Source: a virus | Lineage: Duplodnaviria > Caudoviricetes | IMG/VR virus record: IMGVR_UViG_3300035338_000026 | Coordinates: 1-33,601 of that record | Direction: 5' to 3' (one strand) | Length of the DNA stretch: 33,601 nucleotides | Shown: positions 1 to 9,441 of the stretch, piece after piece | Position numbering within the stretch: position 1 is the first letter of the stretch | Layout of the letters: the number at the start of each line of letters is the position of its first letter | Position numbers and translations under genes: made by a program | Notes under the pieces: model-generated | Database searches by the model: none | What the model was told of the DNA's origin: nothing | Seen by the model: the letters and a program-made list of their open reading frames with translations, nothing else

Positions 1-750
1 ATCAGGTAATTCATAATAGGCTAAACTGCTATCCTCGAATACATGGATCTTCGGGTAGCGGTAACTATTAATGTATGGACTATCCCGATACCCTCCCAAC
101 ATGGCCACCCCATCTTTTCCATAGGCGTAAATTCTTGTGGCCACCTCCGAAATATCCTCACTAATTTCCAACCCCACAAGGTTTTTACCATACCGAATGG
201 CAACGCCTCGATCCTGTCCAATGGAGGTTTTCATGGAAACTGTAAAGCCATCCTGCAGAATCTCCCCGCCAAAGGTTTTCACAAAACTGCTTGCATCTTC
301 ATCATCACTGAGCAATGCGGCAATGGGGTTTACTTTGCTTGCAGAGACCGAACCAGTCCCCGATATATTGGTTGAAAAAACAAAAGGCATGGAATAGGCA
401 AAGGCATTTTTGATACTGTTTAACACGGTTTGCGCTGTGCCCGAAACACTAATGTTCAAGCAGAGATTATCCAATAAATCATAAAAGATATGGCGGGCAT
501 TTACTTGAATTCCATCCATATCAGGCTTGATGTGATAAATGCGAAAGGGCTGTTTTCCACGAGGGGTAGATGTAACAAGAATCCGCTCTTTTTCAATGTC
601 CTCCCATTTTCCCCACTGGTCATAGGGATGGTCCATCTCCAGCTCATACAATCCGTTTAATTCTTCTTTTACAGTACAAAGGCTCGGAAGCAACGCCCCC
701 AAGCCCAAAGTATCAAATGTTGTGCTATTTTTTTCGTGAATGGTAACCAT
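1..750 (-). CDS. Phage tail protein, Tal/prophage endopeptidase-tail-like minor structural protein (5' part; runs off the left edge)
   Basis: Absent from the ORF track (probably because its stop lies outside the window). Manual translation from ATG at 750 behind GAGGTG: MVTIHEKNSTTFDTLGLGALLPSLCTVKEELNGLYELEMDHP...KQPFRIYHI...VNARHIFYDLLDN, a typical N-terminus of this family. Confidence 0.85.
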   Translation of the reverse strand, partial: MVTIHEKNSTTFDTLGLGALLPSLCTVKEELNGLYELEMDHPYDQWGKWEDIEKERILVTSTPRGKQPFRIYHIKPDMDGIQVNARHIFYDLLDNLCLNISVSGTAQTVLNSIKNAFAYSMPFVFSTNISGTGSVSASKVNPIAALLSDDEDASSFVKTFGGEILQDGFTVSMKTSIGQDRGVAIRYGKNLVGLEISEDISEVATRIYAYGKDGVAMLGGYRDSPYINSYRYPKIHVFEDSSLAYYELPD

Positions 751-887
751 CAAATCACCTCATATTCCTGCCCCGTGATTTCTGTATACTGCTCTGCTGT
801 GATTCTGCCGCTTTTTACAAACATGCCTACATTCTCAGCAGAATAAATCTTAGAATCAAAATATCGCTTTACAATTTTATAAATCAT
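750..887 (-). CDS. xkdX: XkdX-family small phage protein (45 aa)
   Basis: Manual translation MIYKIVKRYFDSKIYSAENVGMFVKSGRITAEQYTEITGQEYEVI*. Carries the G-x-IT-x-EQY-x-EITG motif. ATGA overlap upstream and TGATG overlap downstream. Confidence 0.88.
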   Translation of the reverse strand: MIYKIVKRYFDSKIYSAENVGMFVKSGRITAEQYTEITGQEYEVI

Positions 888-1186
888 CTACTCACCCCCT
901 GTTGATTCAGCAATAATTCAGCTAATGTCATATCAATCTCTGTCTGTTTGCTTAAAATCAATTGCTGATTTAACAGCATTTCAGCTTGTAGGATTTCATC
1001 CTCTGTGGACTTCGGAATGGAATCTTGTAGTTCAACTTCTTCCCATTCACCATTGTTATACCGTTTTCCTAAAACAGATATATCCTCTTTGTCCAAAGAA
1101 ATATAATTGTGAAGTTCTATCTCTTCATGCACACCTCTGATTTCTGAACAAATAGAATCCTCTTTCAAAACTGCATAATATCGCAT
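884..1186 (-). CDS. Hypothetical phage protein, XkdW-like/tail-fibre-associated position
   Basis: 100 aa between BppU and XkdX, with a helical Leu/Gln-rich C-terminus. Confidence 0.6.
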   Translation of the reverse strand: MRYYAVLKEDSICSEIRGVHEEIELHNYISLDKEDISVLGKRYNNGEWEEVELQDSIPKSTEDEILQAEMLLNQQLILSKQTEIDMTLAELLLNQQGVSR

Positions 1187-1188
1187 TT

Positions 1189-2373
1189 TTATCCCCTCAC
1201 CTTTGTCATCTCATTGTAGTAAACATCTACTCTTACATTACATGTTCCTGTAATGGGTGGGTCGGTAATGGCATTCCTGTGATACCAATTCAATGCCTCT
1301 ACTTTTTTTATGTAAGCAGTCTTAAAGTTGGGTACAGAAGCCGTTGTCAATGCTCCCGATAAAGCACTTGAGCCATACACATGATAAGCAAAGCCAAAAA
1401 CCGCACCCAGATATAAATAATAAGTGTAATTCCAATTACTATAAACCAAGCTGATTACTTGTGTTGTGTTATCGTAAAAAGTAAGCCTGATATTTCCTGT
1501 AATCCCAGACCTGTCACCATAACCACTGGGAACACTTAAGATATTTATTTTTATATAATCCAATGGAACAGGAGTATCAAACTCAATACCAAAACTAACC
1601 GTTCCTTGGGTACCGCTGGCTACCGGTGCAGGAATTGTTGTAACAGCACTGCTTTTTACTCTCTGAATCATTTGATAATTCAAGTTAAAATCTGTTAATG
1701 CGTTCAGCTTACCCATTACCGACCCTGCGTTTACCGTTCCACCTGTGTCCGCAGTATTGCCCAACCTCTGCACAACTCCATCCACAGAGTTGTTATTGAT
1801 TGCATTTTGTAGCAATGTTGTCAAATCCTTGGAAACATAGTTGCAAAGGTACTCCCATGCATCCCACATGGTATCAATGGTTAGCTGCCCTGCAATCTCC
1901 CCAGGAACACCGATATTTTGCACCATAGTAGTCATTAAATCATGGGCTTCGTATAGGTTTTGATACAGCACCACCAGCGAACCATATTCATTACTGCTTT
2001 CCACTGCTCCAGCAGAAATCAGGCTTTTCACTATATGTATCTTAAAAGGCTGTGTGCTGAGAACTTCCACATTATTCTTGAACAAGATAATCTGTACTTC
2101 TAAATCTTGCGCAACGGCTAACGCTTGCGAAGTCAATTCGAACTGACATCTTCCTGCGGTTGCACTGGTAATTATTCCATCGTTATAAAACTCCGTTCCA
2201 TCAGCCTTTTTTCCATAGATTCTAACCTCGTGTCCTGTAAGGTTAATCGGTGTACTGCCGTCTAACAAAATAATGTCCAAATATCGGCTTTTTGCATCAT
2301 TCTGAACGGCTGTAATAATACTTGTCACTTCCTTGTTCACATCAATTTCTAGCTTTTTATAGACTTGCGCCAT
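1189..2373 (-). CDS. bppU: BppU-family baseplate upper protein with putative receptor-binding C-terminal domain
   Basis: N-terminal AVQNDAKSRYLDIILLDGSTPINLTG...KKADGT...G-x-CQFELTSQAL matches the BppU N-terminal pattern. The C-terminus is aromatic and beta-rich. Confidence 0.8.
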   Translation of the reverse strand: MAQVYKKLEIDVNKEVTSIITAVQNDAKSRYLDIILLDGSTPINLTGHEVRIYGKKADGTEFYNDGIITSATAGRCQFELTSQALAVAQDLEVQIILFKNNVEVLSTQPFKIHIVKSLISAGAVESSNEYGSLVVLYQNLYEAHDLMTTMVQNIGVPGEIAGQLTIDTMWDAWEYLCNYVSKDLTTLLQNAINNNSVDGVVQRLGNTADTGGTVNAGSVMGKLNALTDFNLNYQMIQRVKSSAVTTIPAPVASGTQGTVSFGIEFDTPVPLDYIKINILSVPSGYGDRSGITGNIRLTFYDNTTQVISLVYSNWNYTYYLYLGAVFGFAYHVYGSSALSGALTTASVPNFKTAYIKKVEALNWYHRNAITDPPITGTCNVRVDVYYNEMTKVRG

Positions 2374-3066
2374 TTATAACCACCTCCAATTGGGCTTTAT
2401 TTCTAACCTTGATACACTTCCTGTCCAACTGATTGTATTTGCTCCCTCTTGAAACCTGGGAAAATCCAACGCTGAAAAGGAATTATTTTTGTTTGTACTA
2501 TCTTTGTAAACTTCCTGAATCTCACTGTTGATTGTGACATATCCGCTAATTCCAGATAGTGCGTAGGTTGTGCCATTAATAGTGAGAGCTACATTTCCTG
2601 TTCCATGAACTGTGATAATTGGTTCGCTGTAAATCGTACCTTGATTGTAAATCGTTGTAGGTGCAGTTATGCTCAATTCCTCATCTGCTTTATCCACAGA
2701 ATATTTAAACGGAAACACCTTAAATTGCACAAGAAAGGAAGTATACAAATAGATCACATCAGAAATAGAAATTGCATTGCCGATTCTGGCCTTATATATC
2801 TTATCCGGCTCTGTGGAAAGAATTAAGTCTCCATTCCCATCCAGCCATGATGCAATCTCGCTAAGCCTTGTCGTACCCCTTGTTCCGCATGCAACACTCA
2901 GGGTATAGGCTTCATATGTTCCCTCGTCAATGGTTAAAACACCGTTTCGCCCGGGGATTGTAATTTCATTTTCTCTGCGCTGAGGCTTCACAATATCGGG
3001 CATGGCAGAAATCAAAATGCCCATATCCTTGCTGTTTTTTCCTTTAAAAATAAAATAAGGCTCCAG
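2374..3066 (-). CDS. Distal tail protein (Dit); probable CTG start at 3066 (ORF track start 3024)
   Basis: EITIPGRNGVL and N-terminal PYFIFKGKNSKDMG motifs, C-terminal IKPNWRWL, located directly after the tape measure gene. Confidence 0.82.
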   Translation of the reverse strand: MEPYFIFKGKNSKDMGILISAMPDIVKPQRRENEITIPGRNGVLTIDEGTYEAYTLSVACGTRGTTRLSEIASWLDGNGDLILSTEPDKIYKARIGNAISISDVIYLYTSFLVQFKVFPFKYSVDKADEELSITAPTTIYNQGTIYSEPIITVHGTGNVALTINGTTYALSGISGYVTINSEIQEVYKDSTNKNNSFSALDFPRFQEGANTISWTGSVSRLEIKPNWRWL

Positions 3067-3068
3067 AA

Positions 3069-6000
3069 TTATACACCTCCCGTTGCCGATACCTTTTGTT
3101 TACGGTAAAACTCCGCTTCCTGTAGTAAGCTAGAAACAGAACCTTTCCCGTCGTTTACCATTTTTTCAACTTTTAGAATGAAATCTCCACCTTTATTTTC
3201 GGTGTTATTTACAACACTAGCACTGGCAACTACACTTCGTGCAGTTGCACCTGTGTATAAGCTGTGTGCCCCAACTGCAAATGACTCCCGCATTGCATGA
3301 TAGGCCTTGGTCATTCTTTGCTCTACAGTGGGCATTTCTGCATCAATACCGACAGCAATGCCTTGAGGAATCATTTTACCAACTTCATCACGCATGACCC
3401 TTGAAGGGGAATTAATATCCAGTTCTTCTTTTGCCGCCTTTATGGCCGCTCTTGCCACCTTTACTGCAGCATCAATAACACCTGACATTCCATCTAGTAT
3501 ACCGTCTGCTAACCCCTTGGACATATTCAATCCAAGGTCTGGAGTACGGTCAAATTCATTTTCAACACCGTTCAACAACTCCCTGATTTGTGCATCCGTT
3601 TCTTTTCTAAGCCCAGTTAATTCTTCGGCCGCTAATTCATTGGCAAGCCTTTGCTTTTCCCCAAACAAATTAGAATACTCCTCTAATTGACTTGAAGATA
3701 GGGATAGTAGGGCTTCAAGTTCTCCAGATGCACCTACACCCATTTCACGTATATTTTCTACTAGATCACTCGAAACACCCCTCTTGGATAGTTCTTCGAG
3801 GTTCCCGTAGAAAGATTCCATTGCAGAAATCTGATTTTCAAGATTGTCCATCAACTCTTGACCTGATACTTCATTCTTCTCTTTAACACTGTCAAAAAGT
3901 TGAAAGGAGTTAAAAATTTCAGTGCTCCTATTCTTTAAAGCATCGCTATAGTTATTTTCCAGCCTTTCCAACTCATCATTAATCTGACTTTTCACTTCGA
4001 ATACTTTTCGTTCAGCCTCAATTCGTTCCTCTGTACCTTCTAAGTATCGATCCTGTACCCTTTTCCAAGCCTTTAATTCATCCGCAAGAGAAAGCTCATT
4101 ATAGAATTTCTTTTTTTCAATCCAATTCTTAGAGTTTTCAAAGGCCTGCTTTTCCAACTCGCCTTGAACACGATATAATTCACGGTTGGCTTTTTTCTGT
4201 TCCTCTGAACCATATATAAATTGTCTTTGCACCTGACTCCATGCCGTTAATTCTTCCTCTAACGATAATTCATTATAATACTTTTTCTCATCTATCCATT
4301 CCTTGGCGGCGTCAAAAGTGGCCTTGCCCATCTTCTTAGCGGCAGTTACAGCTTTATCCGTGGTTTGTTCAATGCCCTTTGCCATACCTAAGGGTAACAT
4401 TGCCCCGACTTCATCACGCATAACCGCAGATGGTGAATGGATACCGAGCGTTTCCTTCACTTTAGAAAGAGCGGTTTTCCCAAGCTCCTTTGCAGCGTCC
4501 CCTATATTTTTGAAGCCTTTTTTAATACCTTCAACAATGCCGTCAACAATATACTTACCAATGTTTTTTAGCTCTGTCGTAAACTCTGAAAACTTACTCT
4601 TAAACTTTGCAAAGGTTTCTTTGGCGGCGTTGGACATGCTGCCACCCATATTCTTAATACCATTCTTGATTCCGGTTATAATACTCTTCCCCAAATTGAT
4701 CCACTGAAAAGCAAGAAACGCTTTTACAATCGCCTCAATAATAGCCGGGATGTTTTTAATCAGCGTAGGTATCGCCTTAATTAGCCCAATACCCAATTGA
4801 ACGATTAAACTTAACCCGGCATTAAACAGTTTTTCTGCATTGTTATTGATTACATCGGCAATATTAATCACAATTTGGGGTATCTTTTCAATGAGGGTAG
4901 GTATTGCATTCACAATCCCCTTACCTAAAGCAATTAATATATCAATTCCAGCGGATATAATCTGATCGGCGTTTTCACTTAGGGTCTCCACCAATGATGC
5001 AATGGTTTCCACGGCAGCAGGTACCAACTCGGGAAGACTCTCAGATAAGCCGCTTGCCAAAGACTTCACAAGATCTGTGGCTGTAGCCGCAACGGAAGGA
5101 AGAAGTCTTACCATACCTTTAACAAACGTTCCCACAACAGACAAGGCACCGTCAATCAGTGCGTCACCATTTTCCTGGATACCCGTTACCACACTGTCTA
5201 TGGCAGAAATGCCCATGTCAACTAATTGGGGCAGCAATTCCCTGGCGATACTGGGTAACTGGGATGCTATCTGTGGTAACAACTCTGCAACCAGCTTTGC
5301 AATTCCTGAAAGAATCACTTGGATTCTTGGAAGAATATTTTCCGCGGCGATACCAACACTCTCTATCAGATTGTTAAGAAGTCCGTCAAAGTCCTGCGTA
5401 TCGTCTGCAATCCCAACCAGCATATTTGCCCATGCAGATTTCATGGCAGCAACACTGCCCTGAATGGTACTGCTCGCTTCTTTTGCAGTGGTACCGGTAA
5501 TGCCAATTTCATTTTGAATTACATGAATCGCTTCATAAACATCGTTCAAGTTGCTAATTTCATATTTAATCCCTGATAAAGCCTGGGCATCCTTTAGCAA
5601 ACGTTGCATTTCTTCTTTGGTACCGCCATAGCCCAGCTTCAAGTTGTCCAGCATGGTATAGTTTTGCTTTGCAAAGCCTTGATATGCATTTTGTATGGAC
5701 TCCATAGCGGTTCCCATTTTGTTAGCATTGTCAGCCATATCCGTGATTGCCATATCTGCAACCTTAGCAGCTGCTTCCGTGTCACCACCTAAGCTTTGCA
5801 ACAAACTGGCTGAAAAACTTGTAACAGTCTCCATATATGCGTTAGCTGAAAGTCCAGCCGTTTTGTAAGCCCTATTTGCGTACCCCTCAACAATGTCGGC
5901 ACTTTCCTTAAACAGCGTTTCAACACCACCGATTAACTGCTCATAATCAGCATATGCATCTACTGCAGCCTTGCCCAACGCAACGGTTGCAGCGGATGCT

Positions 6001-6134
6001 GCTGCAATAGATGCAGCAGCAACTTTCATGATATTAGCGGCTGCACCACCTAAGTTTTTTAGCGTACTTTTAAAGTCACCGTCATCGCCCTTAATTTTAA
6101 TAACTACAGATCCATTTTCACTCAATGCGCTCAC
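3069..6134 (-). CDS. Tail tape measure protein
   Basis: 1021 aa, Ala/Ile/Leu-rich helical repeats, conserved YEQLIGGVETLF and QNYTMLDNLKLGYGGTKEEMQRLL motifs, IHSPS motifs. Confidence 0.93.
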   Translation of the reverse strand: MSALSENGSVVIKIKGDDGDFKSTLKNLGGAAANIMKVAAASIAAASAATVALGKAAVDAYADYEQLIGGVETLFKESADIVEGYANRAYKTAGLSANAYMETVTSFSASLLQSLGGDTEAAAKVADMAITDMADNANKMGTAMESIQNAYQGFAKQNYTMLDNLKLGYGGTKEEMQRLLKDAQALSGIKYEISNLNDVYEAIHVIQNEIGITGTTAKEASSTIQGSVAAMKSAWANMLVGIADDTQDFDGLLNNLIESVGIAAENILPRIQVILSGIAKLVAELLPQIASQLPSIARELLPQLVDMGISAIDSVVTGIQENGDALIDGALSVVGTFVKGMVRLLPSVAATATDLVKSLASGLSESLPELVPAAVETIASLVETLSENADQIISAGIDILIALGKGIVNAIPTLIEKIPQIVINIADVINNNAEKLFNAGLSLIVQLGIGLIKAIPTLIKNIPAIIEAIVKAFLAFQWINLGKSIITGIKNGIKNMGGSMSNAAKETFAKFKSKFSEFTTELKNIGKYIVDGIVEGIKKGFKNIGDAAKELGKTALSKVKETLGIHSPSAVMRDEVGAMLPLGMAKGIEQTTDKAVTAAKKMGKATFDAAKEWIDEKKYYNELSLEEELTAWSQVQRQFIYGSEEQKKANRELYRVQGELEKQAFENSKNWIEKKKFYNELSLADELKAWKRVQDRYLEGTEERIEAERKVFEVKSQINDELERLENNYSDALKNRSTEIFNSFQLFDSVKEKNEVSGQELMDNLENQISAMESFYGNLEELSKRGVSSDLVENIREMGVGASGELEALLSLSSSQLEEYSNLFGEKQRLANELAAEELTGLRKETDAQIRELLNGVENEFDRTPDLGLNMSKGLADGILDGMSGVIDAAVKVARAAIKAAKEELDINSPSRVMRDEVGKMIPQGIAVGIDAEMPTVEQRMTKAYHAMRESFAVGAHSLYTGATARSVVASASVVNNTENKGGDFILKVEKMVNDGKGSVSSLLQEAEFYRKQKVSATGGV

Positions 6135-6754
6135 CCCTTAATTCCGCCCAGTATACACCCCACATTCCCGTCCCCCATCAATGCTGCCTCTAAAGCAGAT
6201 AAATGTTTTTCCAACTTATCAGGCAAAGGAAGAGCATATGTCTTTTGCATTTTTTCGTAATACTCCTTTCTATCCTTCGGCATATCCGGCTTCATTTCAA
6301 CCGCCCTGCAGTGCATCACTTCTGTAATCAAATGATCTTTACTCAGTCCGTTAAACAAAGCGATAAATTTCCACCAATGCAAATACGGGACATCCCGCAG
6401 GTCAATGCCATACTGCGCCAAAAAAGCCGCATAAATTAACTCCCCGTCATGGCTAAAGGAATATACGGGTGACTTATAGGTTCCTGCTTCGGTCTTTCCT
6501 TTCTTGTCTTTTTGGAGTTCTTTTTCCTTTCCGCAACAAAAAAACCACCCTAAATAATTCACTGCTGATTCTTCATTGGAAGGAATACAACCAAAGAATA
6601 GTTGTAACGCCTCTGCGCCTTTTTCGGCGTCACTTTTATCGGAATTAAGAATAGCCTCTAACTCCAACATGTCTCGGAAATCAGAGGCTATTTTATATTC
6701 CTTTCCTTGAATTACAGCAGAAGTGGGCAGCTCACAAATTAGAAAGTTTTTCAC
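6131..6754 (-). CDS. Gp15-family (A118-like) tail assembly protein
   Basis: I-x-SDFR and LIYAAFLAQYGIDL...LHWWKFIALF motifs; position before the tape measure gene. Confidence 0.85.
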   Translation of the reverse strand: MKNFLICELPTSAVIQGKEYKIASDFRDMLELEAILNSDKSDAEKGAEALQLFFGCIPSNEESAVNYLGWFFCCGKEKELQKDKKGKTEAGTYKSPVYSFSHDGELIYAAFLAQYGIDLRDVPYLHWWKFIALFNGLSKDHLITEVMHCRAVEMKPDMPKDRKEYYEKMQKTYALPLPDKLEKHLSALEAALMGDGNVGCILGGIKG

Positions 6755-7170
6755 TTCCTATTTTTACGGCGCTCCGCCGCTCTGCGTGCGGCTCTGTTTT
6801 GATGCACTTCCGCAATAACTTCCGGCTCTTTACCTGCAGGGGTGATTGCATCTAATTTTTTTGCATGGTATTTCTCAATTTCTGCAGTAATGAAAATACA
6901 CAAATCGGAACAATCATAAAAATCAGGTTCACGTTCTGCAAAAATAGAATCAACGGCCTCAGCACCTAAAATTTCTTCTAACGTATCAAGCATAAAGTCA
7001 GTTGCTTGACTTAAATCTTTTTCACCGTCTTTTAATTCCTCCGCTCGTGCGCTCATCTTGTTGCAGCAAGCGACAACGGTTTTTAAAAACTCCATGTCCC
7101 CGGGCATCTCATACATTTTTCCTTCGATATCCAGTTGGATTACATTCTTTCTAAATTCAAATCTTCCCAT
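6751..7170 (-). CDS. Tail assembly chaperone
   Basis: Between the tail tube gene and Gp15; ILGAEAVDSIF motif and basic NRAARRA tail. Confidence 0.7.
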   Translation of the reverse strand: MGRFEFRKNVIQLDIEGKMYEMPGDMEFLKTVVACCNKMSARAEELKDGEKDLSQATDFMLDTLEEILGAEAVDSIFAEREPDFYDCSDLCIFITAEIEKYHAKKLDAITPAGKEPEVIAEVHQNRAARRAAERRKNRK

Positions 7171-7185
7171 TCTGCCGTCCTCCTT

Positions 7186-7674
7186 TTATACGCTGGCTGT
7201 AAAAGTCTTTGTAGCAGTATTAAATATACCATCTACAAAATCACCTACGCCGTTTAAATTACCTGTTACTTTTACGTTGCCGCCACCTTCACCGGCAATA
7301 GAAGCTACCTCGACAGCTACCTTAAATTTTCTTGCTTGAAAAGTGTTTTCTTCTTCCGAAATAGGCTTAAAGAGCTCCACCCTTACATAATCCATCTCCG
7401 CATCTGCGCCTGTCTTTTGATTTCTACCAATATCGTACAGCTTCATAACTGCTGTATCCGAAGAAATCAAATCTGTATCAAAAGCAAATGTTGTTTGATA
7501 CCCCTTAATCGTAGAGGTCTGAGACTTTTGGTGAATGTAAGTTTTACTGTCTTTTTGTGCATTCGGGCTTTCATCCAAGGAATTAAAACCAACACCCATT
7601 AACGCATAGCTGGGCGTGGTGGATCCTGTATCTAAATAGTCCGCAATATCATATCTCATTACTGTCGACATCAC
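7186..7674 (-). CDS. Major tail (tube) protein
   Basis: YALMGVGFNSLDESPNAQ...YI motif, C-terminal GIFNTATKTFT, synteny. Confidence 0.85.
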   Translation of the reverse strand: MMSTVMRYDIADYLDTGSTTPSYALMGVGFNSLDESPNAQKDSKTYIHQKSQTSTIKGYQTTFAFDTDLISSDTAVMKLYDIGRNQKTGADAEMDYVRVELFKPISEEENTFQARKFKVAVEVASIAGEGGGNVKVTGNLNGVGDFVDGIFNTATKTFTASV

Positions 7675-8096
7675 TTATCACTCCTTTGCATAAATTCCAT
7701 TCTACATTGTATTTGATACCTGGCCTTATCCTCTCCTGTGGAAAGGGCATAGCCCGGTGTTGTTGCTTCAATTTTCGTTACCATTTTTCCCTCCCTTAAA
7801 GCAGGGAAATTCTTTTTTAGGTTTTGCTGGTATAGCCATGTGGCAAATGCCTCATAAAACCCAAGGTTTTCAAGCTGTTGTAATACTTCGCCACCATAGC
7901 TTTCACGACTGGCCAAAACAAATAAAAACTGCCTTACCGTAGATCCATCCAAATATGTTTTTAAAACATCGTTGGCCGGTATGGCCTCCACGGAATAACT
8001 ACGGGCATCGGCTGGTAAAAAATCCACATTCAGCTTGTTTTCAGCCAAAGGTGGATAGGTACGAATAAATGATCGTACATTTTCCATAGTGTTCAT
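7671..8096 (-). CDS. Tail terminator/neck protein
   Basis: YLDGSTVRQFLF and ARYQIQCR motifs; immediately upstream of the tail tube gene. Confidence 0.7.
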   Translation of the reverse strand: MNTMENVRSFIRTYPPLAENKLNVDFLPADARSYSVEAIPANDVLKTYLDGSTVRQFLFVLASRESYGGEVLQQLENLGFYEAFATWLYQQNLKKNFPALREGKMVTKIEATTPGYALSTGEDKARYQIQCRMEFMQRSDK

Positions 8097-8497
8097 TTCA
8101 AACGCCCCTTTATATAATTTTCAAGTCCTTTTTCGATTTCATCACCACGATCGGCAAGCATACGTTTATCCCATTGCTTCCCACGCATAGAACCGCCATT
8201 GTAATTAATATCTCTGCCTGTATATAGCTTTGGAGCTCTGCCATCCATTACCTCACCAACGTACTGATAGTGGGCATAGGGGCCGGGATAAATCACGGCA
8301 TCTTCTGTTACTTGAACCTGATTCATCATATGGGCACCACTCCCCGACGACATAGGGACGTAAGGGCGACTAAGGCGCTCCACCTCATTTGCAAGGTATT
8401 GCTGTGCCTCCTTACTATCCCCTAACCCCATCTTGCGGAGGATGGCCCCCGTATTTATATTCGCATCTACCTTTATCACGCACCTCTCACCGCCCAA
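8093..8497 (-). CDS. Minor capsid/tail completion protein (Minor_capsid_2-like)
   Basis: PYVP, PYAHYQYVG and RGKQWDKRM motifs. The true start is probably a few codons downstream of 8497. Confidence 0.75.
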   Translation of the reverse strand: MGGERCVIKVDANINTGAILRKMGLGDSKEAQQYLANEVERLSRPYVPMSSGSGAHMMNQVQVTEDAVIYPGPYAHYQYVGEVMDGRAPKLYTGRDINYNGGSMRGKQWDKRMLADRGDEIEKGLENYIKGRLK

Positions 8498-8820
8498 TGG
8501 GGTATTCCACCTCTGCGGTTATCCCCTACGGAAAGTACCGTAAAGTGTTCCATATCCTTAAAATCAGCAGCCTTTTGAACAATCCCTACGTTTCCACGAA
8601 CTATAATATCCCCAGGCTGAATCATAGTGGGCAAAGCTACGCTAGCGGGTATCCGCACTTTAAATTCAGACTTTCCCGCTAGACCTTTGCCATCTAATCC
8701 CACAACCAATTTGCTAAACCAGCTGGCACCGTTCACAATCCAGCTTTTATATACGTCCCTATCAGCGTCTGAACCATAACATAACTGGAGGATGGTAATT
8801 GTCTCTGTACAAGCAAGCAA
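8476..8820 (-). CDS. Head closure/head-tail joining protein
   Basis: 114 aa ending in PHWAVRGA; synteny after the connector gene. Confidence 0.65.
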   Translation of the reverse strand: MLACTETITILQLCYGSDADRDVYKSWIVNGASWFSKLVVGLDGKGLAGKSEFKVRIPASVALPTMIQPGDIIVRGNVGIVQKAADFKDMEHFTVLSVGDNRRGGIPHWAVRGA

Positions 8821-9171
8821 TTACTCCACCCCCCTGTATAAAAGCCCTGTGTACCCAAGATAAAGGGCAGCAGCTTCATAAAGCCGTTGCCCATCTGTCT
8901 TAGTATTACTTACCCCTACCACGTAATTAATAGAAATACCATCATTGGATTCCGAAGCAATCCCACCACCCTGTTCATTCAAAAGATATGATTCCGCAAT
9001 GGCACAGCAAGCATCTTTTACGACAGTGCTTGTGGCTTCGGTTGCATCTATCCGCCCATAAGTAACTTGATTTAAGTAAGCAGTGGCTTGACGAGAAAGG
9101 CGGTTGAAGTCATTCTCTGCCATTTTGCCGCCATATTCATTTGTATAATATTCATAGGTTGTATAAGCCAT
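8821..9171 (-). CDS. Head-tail connector (adaptor) protein
   Basis: AYTTYEYY, VKDACCAIAE, SESNDGISINY and YLGYTGLLYRG motifs. Confidence 0.8.
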   Translation of the reverse strand: MAYTTYEYYTNEYGGKMAENDFNRLSRQATAYLNQVTYGRIDATEATSTVVKDACCAIAESYLLNEQGGGIASESNDGISINYVVGVSNTKTDGQRLYEAAALYLGYTGLLYRGVE

Positions 9172-9183
9172 CTGCTATGCCTC

Positions 9184-9426
9184 CTATTCCTTATTTTCTT
9201 CATACTGGGCCTTTAAAGAATCATTTTCCGCTTTCAATTCAGCATTTTCCTGTTCCAGAACTTTGTTTGCTTTCTCAAATTCCTTAAGTTTTTTGTTTAA
9301 CGCTTTTTCTTCATACTGGGCCTTTAAAGCTTCCACCTCTGCCTGAAGGACAGCATTTTTCTCTCTTAAAACAGAATCCTCCTCTTCAATTTTCGACTTT
9401 GCACCCATACCTATTACTCTCGACAT
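9184..9426 (-). CDS. Small coiled-coil protein downstream of the capsid gene
   Basis: 80 aa, Glu/Lys-rich, with internal repeat LKAQYEE. Confidence 0.7.
   Translation of the reverse strand: MSRVIGMGAKSKIEEEDSVLREKNAVLQAEVEALKAQYEEKALNKKLKEFEKANKVLEQENAELKAENDSLKAQYEENKE
9194..9329. repeat. 25-bp exact direct repeat (9194-9218 and 9305-9329)
   Basis: TTTTCTTCATACTGGGCCTTTAAAG occurs twice, 111 bp (37 codons) apart. Confidence 0.9.
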
Positions 9427-9441
9427 ACATTACACCCCCTC

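Noticed and set aside
1189-1700. Diversity-generating retroelement target in the BppU C-terminus
   Set aside because: No reverse transcriptase and no template/variable repeat pair are visible in the window; cannot be excluded outside it.
6751-6865. Programmed -1 frameshift at A AAA AAA joining the tail chaperone to the Gp15 gene
   Set aside because: Gp15 is in the -1 frame, but that frame hits TAA (GGT AAA) about 9 codons after the slippery site, and further stops before the Gp15 start.
7671-8096. Antibiotic-resistance gene (similar proteins are sometimes labelled chloramphenicol resistance protein)
   Set aside because: No acetyltransferase or transporter features; synteny indicates a tail terminator.
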